IMG/VR virus record: IMGVR_UViG_3300048597_000189
Coordinates: 1 to 41,683 of that record
Length of the DNA stretch: 41,683 nucleotides
Origin: a virus
Taxonomy: Duplodnaviria > Caudoviricetes
Strand: one strand, 5' to 3'
Shown: positions 34,642 to 41,683 of the stretch, one piece after another
Layout: every line of letters starts with the position of its first letter
How positions within the stretch are numbered: position 1 is the first letter of the stretch
Notes under the pieces: generated by a model
What the model was told of the DNA's origin: nothing
Seen by the model: the letters and a program-made list of their open reading frames with translations, nothing else
The model's database searches: none
Made by a program: the position numbers and the translations under genes

Positions 34642-35252
34642 GCCGCCCTCCCGAAGCTGCGCAGCGGAGCGGGCCGCAGCCTGCCGACATTGCGGTCGAT
34701 CAATCCGGCTTTGGTCATGGCCGGGGCCAGCGGCCCCGAGTTCCGGGCCGGCAGGAGCCGCCATGTCGCCGTCTGCCCGCGACGGGTGCGACGGCCTATC
34801 TCGACGAGATAACCGGCGCGCGCCAGCGCCGCGACATACATGCGGGCGAGCGCCGCCTTGACCTCGACCTCGTCCGTGGAGGCGGTGACGATCAGCTCCG
34901 CGACGCTGAACGAGGTCATCAGGCGCATGGCCTGCCACAGCTGCTGGAGGCGGCGGCCCCGATCCGCCGCATAGTCCGCGCGGCGCACCACGGGCGCCTC
35001 CAGGAGGTCGAGGCGGGCGGCGTAGACGATCGCCGGATGATGGCTGCCGACATCACGGGAGCCGACCGGAGTGATCACGGCGAGATGCCGGCAGCGGCGG
35101 ATGTATTCCTTGACGACCGAGAGGCGCGGCCCGTTGGTGCGGTCATGCACGTCGCGCGCGGTGAAGCCGCCCGCCGTGGCGGTCAGGTCGCGCATCACCG
35201 CCCAGTAATGCGGCGGCTGCTCGGGATAGGGCGAGGGAAGGACGCGCTTCAT
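34638..35252 (-). CDS. Tandem winged-helix-like early protein following B
   Basis: LWQAMR...FSVAEL, YVAALARAGYL, NSGPLAP. Confidence 0.75.
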   Translation of the reverse strand: MKRVLPSPYPEQPPHYWAVMRDLTATAGGFTARDVHDRTNGPRLSVVKEYIRRCRHLAVITPVGSRDVGSHHPAIVYAARLDLLEAPVVRRADYAADRGRRLQQLWQAMRLMTSFSVAELIVTASTDEVEVKAALARMYVAALARAGYLVEIGRRTRRGQTATWRLLPARNSGPLAPAMTKAGLIDRNVGRLRPAPLRSFGRAA

Positions 35253-35986
35253 GCGACCCTCCTGAGGCGGCGGGTGGGCTCGCCCGTGAAGACGCGCCCG
35301 CCATAGGTCTCCCGGTCGATGGTCGTGACGCCATGGTTGCGCGACCACGCGACGATCTCGTTCAGGGTGGTGCAGATGCGGCGCGCGACGCCGCCGCAGG
35401 AGATGCGCACATGGTCGAGCAGATCATCCGCCAGCGTCAGCGCGGGTGCATAGACACGGGCGAGCTTCTTCGCATCGTCGAGGTCGCAGGGCTCGGCCGG
35501 CAGCCAGTCCAGCACGCGGTTATGCACGCGCTCGATCTGCATCAGCTTCTGCGGCAGCTTCTCCTCGCCGATCAGCACGACCGGCGCGAGGGAGCTGTCA
35601 TGCAGCTCGCGGATCAGCTCCATCCAGCCCTTGTCGACGGCGCGGTCGGCCTCGTCGATCAACAGGGTCTTGCCTTCGAGGCTGAGCAGGTTGATTGCCT
35701 GCTCGGCGAGGTCCGCCACCGTGCCGCGAGGCTTGGCCTCGCCCAGCTCGCGCAGCACATGCTCGAGGAATTTCTTGCGCGTCCAGCTGTCGCCGACGCT
35801 GACGATCGCCGCGCCGGTCTTGTTGGCGACATAGATCATCGCCTTGGTCTTGCCGTAGCCCGAGGGGCCATGGAGCACGCCGAGGCCGGGCAGATCGGCG
35901 TCGCGCGCCTGCAGGGTGTTGACCAGCTGCAGGAGTGCTGCCACATTCTTCAGAGGAGCGAAGCGTGACGTGGGTATGACGTCCAT
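35249..35986 (-). CDS. Transposition protein B (AAA+ ATPase)
   Basis: Walker A GPSGYGKT, Walker B LLIDEAD, LIGEE; follows the transposase. Confidence 0.93.
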   Translation of the reverse strand: MDVIPTSRFAPLKNVAALLQLVNTLQARDADLPGLGVLHGPSGYGKTKAMIYVANKTGAAIVSVGDSWTRKKFLEHVLRELGEAKPRGTVADLAEQAINLLSLEGKTLLIDEADRAVDKGWMELIRELHDSSLAPVVLIGEEKLPQKLMQIERVHNRVLDWLPAEPCDLDDAKKLARVYAPALTLADDLLDHVRISCGGVARRICTTLNEIVAWSRNHGVTTIDRETYGGRVFTGEPTRRLRRVA

Positions 35987-36073
35987 TTCAGTGCCTTCCT
36001 TCCATTGCGGCCCGCCCTGCACGGCGGGCCGTCGCTTTTTCGGACCCAACGCAACGCAACTCGTCTCTCCCGT

Positions 36074-38251
36074 TCACAGCGCGGCCTCGCCGAAATCGGC
36101 GGCGATGGTCGCCTGTGCGCGGTATTCGGGGCTCTGGCGGTAGCCGCCGAGCCAGATCAGATCGTCGGCGGCGGGCTGTGCGCCGGCCTCCAGCTCGGCC
36201 TCGATCGCCCTTGCCCGGCGGAAGCGCTGGGAGGGCGTCTCGGTGGCGCGCAGGCGGCGCACCGGCGCAGAGGAGCGGGTCGCGGCTTCCGCACGTGCGG
36301 CGAGATCGGCCTCGATCTCGGCTTGCAGGCCCCTCGCCGCCTCGCTCTGCCGCGTCTCGCGCGGCGGACCCTTGCGGCCCTCCAGCATCTCGGCTGCGGC
36401 CTCGAGCGCGGGCGTCGAGTGGCTTTCCGCGCGCCTCGGCATCTCGATGAGCTTGCCCGCTCGCAGCGCCGCCTGGCGGGCGATGGCGTCCGCCGCATGG
36501 GCCGGCTTGAGCTTGCCTGCGTCCTTGCGGATCGGAGCGATGGCGTCGGCGATCATGCGCGCCTGCATGGCGCGGGCCTCGGCCACGGCAGCCGCGCGGT
36601 CGACGCCGGCGAGCTCAGGGCAGATGGCGGTGGAAAGATAGGCGTCCGTCTCCGGATCGAAGCACCACACGCGCCCCAGATCGGCGGGATCGAGCCTGAC
36701 CATCACGCGCGTGCCCGGCATCAAGGTCGGCGCGATGTAGTAGCTGCCGTCGAGCCTGATGCCCTGCTTGCCGACGATGCGCGTGCCGTCGCCCTCCGCC
36801 AGCGGCGCGAGGAGCACCGAGAGCGCGGCCTCATCGGAAATGCGCTTGATCGTGCCCGTGTAAGCAGCGGCACGGGCGAAGGGCGTCTGGCCATCGAGCC
36901 CGCCATGGGCGCGGTGCGCATAGCGGTCATTCGCCCAGGCGTCGGCGCGGGCGGCGAGATCAGCCTCGGTCAATTCGACGCAGAACGCCCTCGCATCATC
37001 CTGGCCAAGCCGCTGCGCAAAGGCCTTGCGCGCCTCGATCACCTTCCGGTCGGCAACCGAGTGGCCGATGAAGCCCGGCAAGGGCGTCGCGAAATCGCGC
37101 TGGACGGTGCCGATGGCGCGCTCCACGACGCCTTTCTGTTCAGGCGAGAATGGCGCGGCGGTCTCCGTCGCGATGCCCAACGCAGCGAAGAGCCGCTTGG
37201 TCGCCCGCGCCGTGAAATCCGACCCGTTGTCGGTCTTGACCAGTTCCGGCACGCCCCATGCGAGGATCGCCTTGCGCATCAGCAGAGCCACAGCTTCGGC
37301 CCGCGGGGTCTTCGTCACCAGGATGATGAGCCGGCGGCTCCAGACGTCGATGCAGACATAGAGCGCGCGCCGCCCTTCCGTGGTCAGCACATCGGCAGGG
37401 GACGCGTCGATCTCCCACATCTCGTTGAGACGGGAGACAAGGTGCGCGCGCGATCCAGAGACCCGGTTGCGGCTCTTGAAGGCGTCCGGGTTCGTCAGCG
37501 CCAGGAGTTCCTGCGCATGGACGCGCCGCCAGCGTTTCAACGCGGATTGAAGCGTGCGGATATGCGGGAAGGGCTGGCCCTCGATCACCGCGCCGAATGT
37601 GTCGATCAGCGTCTCGCGGACATGATCAGCCGAGAGGTGATGGTTGTTTGCGATCAGCGCCAACGCGCGCAGCTTGATCCGGCCTTCCATGGCCGTATCG
37701 AGGAGACCGCAGGCCCGGCGGGATGCGCCGCGGTCCACCGCGAGGCAATCGACGCCGTCGCGCCCTGCGGCGGCGAACCAGCGGCGGATGCTGCGCTCGG
37801 AGATCCTCGGCAGCGCCTCGCGCACCCATGCCGGCACGGCCTCCTTGCCGATATTGTAGCGCGGCACATACCAGGTGGTGGCCTGCAGGCGGGTAAAGCC
37901 GCTCTCACGGGCGATGGCGTCGATCACGCCCATGACATGGATGCGGGCATCCCGGGCCAGCGCCGCGGCGGGCGGCACGGCGACGGAAAGATCAGGCGCG
38001 GCGGCGACCGCATCCTCCGCAGCCTCGGCGATCACGCCGCCATGACGCGTCGCCCATGCGATGCGCGCCTCGAGCGGCAGCAGTTCGAGGAAATACTCGA
38101 AGCCGCCTCCGCGCCCCTGCCGTTCACGGGCAAAATGGGGGTGATCGCGCCAGCCCTTGTCCTGCGCAAGGCGGGCGACCGCCTCCCGTGTGACGGGTAG
38201 ACCCGGCAACCCGGCCTCGGCGATCTCGGCGGCGGTGAGCCAGTGCTTCAT
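36074..38251 (-). CDS. Mu-type DDE transposase A
   Basis: N-terminal Mu DNA-binding domain (WLTAAEIA..GLP), WEIDASPAD, KTDNGSDF, KGVVER, C-terminal Mu transposase domain. Confidence 0.96.
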   Translation of the reverse strand: MKHWLTAAEIAEAGLPGLPVTREAVARLAQDKGWRDHPHFARERQGRGGGFEYFLELLPLEARIAWATRHGGVIAEAAEDAVAAAPDLSVAVPPAAALARDARIHVMGVIDAIARESGFTRLQATTWYVPRYNIGKEAVPAWVREALPRISERSIRRWFAAAGRDGVDCLAVDRGASRRACGLLDTAMEGRIKLRALALIANNHHLSADHVRETLIDTFGAVIEGQPFPHIRTLQSALKRWRRVHAQELLALTNPDAFKSRNRVSGSRAHLVSRLNEMWEIDASPADVLTTEGRRALYVCIDVWSRRLIILVTKTPRAEAVALLMRKAILAWGVPELVKTDNGSDFTARATKRLFAALGIATETAAPFSPEQKGVVERAIGTVQRDFATPLPGFIGHSVADRKVIEARKAFAQRLGQDDARAFCVELTEADLAARADAWANDRYAHRAHGGLDGQTPFARAAAYTGTIKRISDEAALSVLLAPLAEGDGTRIVGKQGIRLDGSYYIAPTLMPGTRVMVRLDPADLGRVWCFDPETDAYLSTAICPELAGVDRAAAVAEARAMQARMIADAIAPIRKDAGKLKPAHAADAIARQAALRAGKLIEMPRRAESHSTPALEAAAEMLEGRKGPPRETRQSEAARGLQAEIEADLAARAEAATRSSAPVRRLRATETPSQRFRRARAIEAELEAGAQPAADDLIWLGGYRQSPEYRAQATIAADFGEAAL

Positions 38252-39153
38252 TTCGCGGCTCCGGACTTGCCGCGCGTGGCCTTGCGCTGTTCGGAGGCTT
38301 GGCTGTCCTCGTCGCGCCAGTCGCTGGCGTGCTCGGCGATGCGCAGCTTCAGTTCGCGCGAGTAACCCACCCACGCGGTGAGGAAGCGCGCGAACACCTG
38401 GTCATCCGTGATCGGAGCATCGGGCGTCGTGTCGCCGAGCCTGAGGCGCGCCGCTTTCACGCTTGCCGACCCTGACGCGATGGCCTCCGCCACCGCGCGC
38501 TGGCGCTCGGCAGGTAGTCCCGCCAGCGCCTTCAGCTGGGCGGCGTTGTCGGCGAGCCTCGATCCGCGCAGGGCGGCGATGGCGGCGGGGTCTAGGGCGG
38601 CGGCGAGCTTGATGGCGGATTGGATCGTGCGGACCGAAAAACCAAGCTTGGCGGCGGCGTCATCCGCGAAGGCCGGGAAAGACGCAAACATTGCGTCTTT
38701 TCCATTCGGGCGCTCCTTGGCCTTCTTGGCCTTGCCGTGGCCTGTTTCCGGATGGAGGTCGAGATAGATGCGCTTGCGCTCCGCAAGAAAGTAGGCGCGG
38801 TCCAGCGCGGTCAGTTCGGCGCGGATCAGGTTCTCGTCGATCTCGACAAGGCGGGCGGCGGCGGCGTCCGCCCCCATCCAGCGCGCACGGATCGTCTCGC
38901 GCCCCAGCAGCGCCATGGCGGCGAGGCGATGCGCACCCGCCACCAGCACGGCCCGGTTGCCCTCGTCATCGGCGGGGCGGACCGTGATCGCCTGTAGAAG
39001 CCCATTTTCGGAGATCGAGGCGGCGAGCGCCTCAACAAGCGCCGGATCCGCGGGGCGAAGCCGGTCCACCACGTCGATGGCGGCGAGATCAAGCTCGAAT
39101 TCCGAGGGGCCGGAGACGCGGGCGGGCGCTGGCGGGATGAAGGGCTCGTTCAT
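38248..39153 (-). CDS. ParB-like protein
   Basis: LAASISENGLLQAITVR, LVAGAHRLAA, EIDENLIRAEL, HTH. Confidence 0.9.
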   Translation of the reverse strand: MNEPFIPPAPARVSGPSEFELDLAAIDVVDRLRPADPALVEALAASISENGLLQAITVRPADDEGNRAVLVAGAHRLAAMALLGRETIRARWMGADAAAARLVEIDENLIRAELTALDRAYFLAERKRIYLDLHPETGHGKAKKAKERPNGKDAMFASFPAFADDAAAKLGFSVRTIQSAIKLAAALDPAAIAALRGSRLADNAAQLKALAGLPAERQRAVAEAIASGSASVKAARLRLGDTTPDAPITDDQVFARFLTAWVGYSRELKLRIAEHASDWRDEDSQASEQRKATRGKSGAAK

Positions 39154-39416
39154 GACCGCCCCTCGGCTTTTGCGACGAGCGCAATCGCTTCGGCGATGAT
39201 CTGTTTGTCGTTGCCTTTGGCGAAGACTGGGTTGAGCCGCGCCTGGCGGCGGACGAATTCCAGCAGATCGGGAGCGGCGGCGATCAGGGAGTGGATCGCC
39301 CTGACATCCTCGCCTGTGGCGGCTTCCGGTGCGACGCGGCTGGCGACGATCTCGCCGCCCATGACGATGGAGCCGCAATCGAGGTTCCAGGGCGTGTGGA
39401 GATTGTGCCCGCCCAT
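39150..39416 (-). CDS. Hypothetical protein
   Basis: HTPW...LIAAAPDLLE motif common in phage early proteins. Confidence 0.7.
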   Translation of the reverse strand: MGGHNLHTPWNLDCGSIVMGGEIVASRVAPEAATGEDVRAIHSLIAAAPDLLEFVRRQARLNPVFAKGNDKQIIAEAIALVAKAEGRS

Positions 39417-39685
39417 CAGGCAGCCCGCCTGATCTGGCGACTGGAACGCTCTGGCCGCAGGCGGCGGCGTGATCCATCCGGCCCATAGAACTGCGGCCAG
39501 ATCATCTGCCGAGGCACACCGATCTTGGCGGCGATGATGTCATGCGCCTGTGGATGTAACCGCTCCAGCGAGGCCCTGAGGGTCGACGCTCCATAGCCCG
39601 CCGCGAGGGACATGGCCCGCAGGCTTGTTCCCTTCTTCCAGATTGCGGCGACGATGTCGGCGCGATGCCAAGGCAGGCTCTGCAT
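39416..39685 (-). CDS. ner: Ner-like transcriptional regulator
   Basis: WHRADIVAAI.KKGTSL, IIA..IGVP...IWP..Y. Confidence 0.93.
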   Translation of the reverse strand: MQSLPWHRADIVAAIWKKGTSLRAMSLAAGYGASTLRASLERLHPQAHDIIAAKIGVPRQMIWPQFYGPDGSRRRLRPERSSRQIRRAA

Positions 39686-39738
39686 GGATTTCCCCAAATT
39701 CGGTGCGTGTGTTAACCATCACGCAAATCAACACTGGT

Positions 39739-39788
39739 TGAATGTCACCAAAAATGGGAGCACGTCAACCCACATTTGGTGACATTCA
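39739..39788. promoter_or_regulatory. Immunity-region operator (inverted repeat) overlapping a putative early promoter
   Basis: 20-bp arms 39739-39758 and 39769-39788 (18/20, first 14 perfect); minus-strand TTGACG in the loop, GACATT 16 nt downstream. Confidence 0.7.
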
Positions 39789-39807
39789 CCGAAAGCGGTG
39801 ATCTATC

Positions 39808-40479
39808 GTGGATAGCTACCCAACTTTGGGGGAGAGGATCGCTCTGGCCGTTGAAAAGGCCGGCGGGAGGGCGGCTGCCGTGGATCTGATGGGCATCCCG
39901 GCAAGCACGCTGGAGCGCTATATTCGCAACGAAAGTGAACCTCAGGCAAGCAAGCTGCCCAAGATCGCTGAGGCCAGCGGCCTTTCAGTCGAGTGGCTCA
40001 TTTATGGGGATCGGCGGCCGCCGGAAACGGGGCGTCCCGCCCCCGAAAATGGTGAAGATGAGTCGGATACCGTCATGCTTCCGCTGATGAATGTGATGGC
40101 GGAAGCCGGGAATGGCATCGAGAACCATGATGTGGCGGTGCTCGACCACCTGCCATTCTCTCGCCGGATGCTGCGCAGCCTCGGGGTCTCGATCGAGCAC
40201 GCCCATGTCATCCAGCACACGGGCGACAGCATGGTGCCAACCCTCGCCGACGGCGGCATCTGCGTCATCGACACCAGCAAGACGCGCCCACGCGGCGGCG
40301 GCATTTTCGCACTGATCGTGGGCAACGAATTGCTCATCAAGCGCCTGGCGCTGAGCGCGCGGGGCTTGACCGTTATCAGTGACAACGCCGACAAATATCC
40401 CGCCGAGACCTTGACCGACGACGAGCTCGGCCGCGTCAGGGTGATCGGCAAGGTGTTCTGGACAGGAGGAGAGGTGTGA
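39808..40479 (+). CDS. Phage repressor, XRE HTH + S24 autopeptidase (cI/LexA-like)
   Basis: HTH ...SVEWL; AEAGNG cleavage site, GDSM Ser, IKRL Lys, VIGKV. Confidence 0.93.
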   Translation: MDSYPTLGERIALAVEKAGGRAAAVDLMGIPASTLERYIRNESEPQASKLPKIAEASGLSVEWLIYGDRRPPETGRPAPENGEDESDTVMLPLMNVMAEAGNGIENHDVAVLDHLPFSRRMLRSLGVSIEHAHVIQHTGDSMVPTLADGGICVIDTSKTRPRGGGIFALIVGNELLIKRLALSARGLTVISDNADKYPAETLTDDELGRVRVIGKVFWTGGEV

Positions 40480-40841
40480 TGAGATGGTCGACAGCCACGG
40501 CCCTGTTCATGCTGGCAAGTGCTGCAGCAATTGCGCAGGACAGGCACCCGCTAGTCGCCAAGGCGATCGAAGTGACTGCGGCAGGGCGAGCGGTCGCCGA
40601 TCTGTGTCCAGGCTGGTCCAGCAATCCAGCAATCACGCAGTTGCTGTGGTTCGCTATATCGGCATCCAATCTGAGCCATCAGTTGGAGCGTTCCCAATCC
40701 ACCATCGCCGAAATGCACGCCGACATCGTCTCGCGCGGCCGCTCTTCCGCAGAAGCATTTTGCGCCACCGCGACCCCAGTGACGATGGAAAACCCGTTCA
40801 ACGGCGGCGCACCGCTGCCACTCTATGTGCGCCAAAAATGA
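40476..40841 (+). CDS. Putative secreted protein
   Basis: Signal-peptide-like N-terminus (…ASAAAIA-Q), two Cys; overlaps the repressor stop. Confidence 0.65.
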   Translation: MMRWSTATALFMLASAAAIAQDRHPLVAKAIEVTAAGRAVADLCPGWSSNPAITQLLWFAISASNLSHQLERSQSTIAEMHADIVSRGRSSAEAFCATATPVTMENPFNGGAPLPLYVRQK

Positions 40842-40903
40842 TATGCGTTCGCGCATCGACCGCAGGTTTTCAAAAAGCCCCCTCCCGCCCCGAGTGCTCA
40901 GCC

Positions 40904-41218
40904 ATGTGGAAGCTTCTCTTTCCTTGCCTCTTGGCATCCGCCAGCGCAGCCGCCCAGGACCTCAAATCCATGACGCTGGCGAATGAGCTGGGCTCGGTGC
41001 TGGCTTCGGAAAGGTTGTGCGACCTCACTTACGACCAGGCCGCCATCGCCGCCTTCATCGAAAAACGGGTGCGCGCTGACGATCTGTCTTTCGCCACGAC
41101 CTTACGCGCCATGACAAGCGGCTCAGAGTTTCAGATGAGCAGCATGTCACCCTCCGCGAAGACGGCGCACTGCACGCAGACCCGGCGCGTCGCCAAGGCC
41201 CATGGCTTCATTAAATGA
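40904..41218 (+). CDS. Putative secreted protein
   Basis: MWKLLFPCLLASASAAA-Q signal peptide; two Cys in the mature part. Confidence 0.7.
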   Translation: MWKLLFPCLLASASAAAQDLKSMTLANELGSVLASERLCDLTYDQAAIAAFIEKRVRADDLSFATTLRAMTSGSEFQMSSMSPSAKTAHCTQTRRVAKAHGFIK

Positions 41219-41465
41219 GACGGACCGGAACGGCTTCAACGGTAGTTGAAATGCCTTCCAGCATCAAAACAGCCGTCACAGTTCCCGACACGGCCATCAC
41301 AAGCCGAAGTGACAGCTAAGCTATTGACTTAATGCGAGGTTTGACGCTTTGTGCCGCGTGTTTGCCTCTGTCTTGGCAAGTTCCCAGTTCGTCACAGTTC
41401 GCGGGTGGCGGTTTCAATGATTTCAATGGCTTGGCGTTTTCGTGCCAACCGAGTGCTGCCTGTTT

Positions 41466-41487
41466 TGGCCATTTGATCCGTCGCGGC
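41466..41487 (-). repeat. Second transposase-binding site (L2-like)
   Basis: Reverse complement GCCGCGACGGATCAAATGGCCA has one mismatch to 152-173; about 70 bp from L1, similar to the Mu L1-L2 spacer. Confidence 0.85.
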
Positions 41488-41559
41488 GGGTTCCGGCCAA
41501 ATTGCGCCTAAGCCTCTGTGATCCCATGCAATCCCGGCAATTTCCGCCTAATCCCGCTT

Positions 41560-41584
41560 TGGCCACTTGATCCATCGCGTTACA
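41560..41584 (-). repeat. Phage end equivalent to Mu attL, site L1
   Basis: Reverse complement TGTAACGCGATGGATCAAGTGGCCA matches 127-151 at 23/25 positions. Confidence 0.9.
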
Positions 41585-41589
41585 TCACG
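41585..41589 (+). repeat. 5-bp target-site duplication, right copy (TCACG)
   Basis: Identical to 122-126. Confidence 0.93.
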
Positions 41590-41683
41590 TCTGGCCGGGT
41601 TTCAGCCTGTAGAACACGTGCCTTCCGATGGAATCCATTTTCGTCAGGCGGCGCGCCCACCAGGGCCGCACATAGTTGGCGTG
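41585..41683 (-). CDS. 3' end of host cell-wall hydrolase (SleB/Hydrolase_2-like), partial
   Basis: HANYVRPWWARRLTKMDSIGRHVFYRLKPGQT*; the stop codon lies within the target duplication. Confidence 0.85.
   Translation of the reverse strand, partial: HANYVRPWWARRLTKMDSIGRHVFYRLKPGQT

Larger units (their letters stand above)
127..41584 (-). mobile_element. Complete Mu-like transposable prophage (contractile tail)
   Basis: Starts TG (127) and ends CA (41584); terminal inverted repeats; flanking 5-bp direct repeat; DDE transposase plus MuB-like ATPase; full Mu-ordered head and tail gene set. Confidence 0.97.

Noticed and set aside
5031-38200. Long plus-strand ORFs (e.g. 5031..6323, 10394..12109, 24649..26151, 36005..38200)
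   Set aside because: Antisense shadows of high-GC minus-strand genes with no recognisable motifs.
41274-41400. CGTCACAGTTC repeated at 41274-41284 and 41390-41400
   Set aside because: Only two short copies; could be regulatory or packaging signals, but no function can be supported.
105-41600. 16-bp direct repeat (105-120 / 41585-41600) as attL/attR core of an integrase-type prophage
   Set aside because: No integrase is present; TG...CA ends, terminal repeats and the 5-bp duplication explain the boundaries, and the left copy is 6 bp outside the end.

Overview
The window is almost entirely one apparently intact Mu-like (transposable) contractile-tailed prophage, at 127-41584 (41,458 bp). It has TG...CA ends, 25-bp imperfect terminal inverted repeats, Mu-style transposase-binding repeats and a 5-bp TCACG target duplication. 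It sits right at the stop codon of a host cell-wall hydrolase gene in a high-GC host, probably an alphaproteobacterium (inferred). Most genes run on the minus strand in Mu order: repressor (plus strand), ner, parB-like, A, B, early genes, gam, gemA, late activator, lysis, terminase, portal, head, tail, baseplate, fibre. The main result is at the end where Mu carries gin/com/mom. Here there is a Dam-like adenine methylase, Com, a cytosine methylase apparently encoded in two overlapping frames, and a complete luxR-luxI acyl-homoserine-lactone quorum-sensing cassette followed by a closely coupled small ORF, all inside the phage end. The LuxI resembles the acyl-CoA-using BjaI/RpaI clade. It has a candidate LuxR box and a hairpin that covers its ribosome-binding site. 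Other signals: a MuF-ADP-ribosyltransferase fusion, a three-copy late-promoter motif, a sliding-clamp motif on the late activator, a +1/-2 tail-chaperone frameshift, and a genome-wide series of TT(C/G)AA pairs with 11-bp period. All family calls come from motif recognition by eye; no searches were run.
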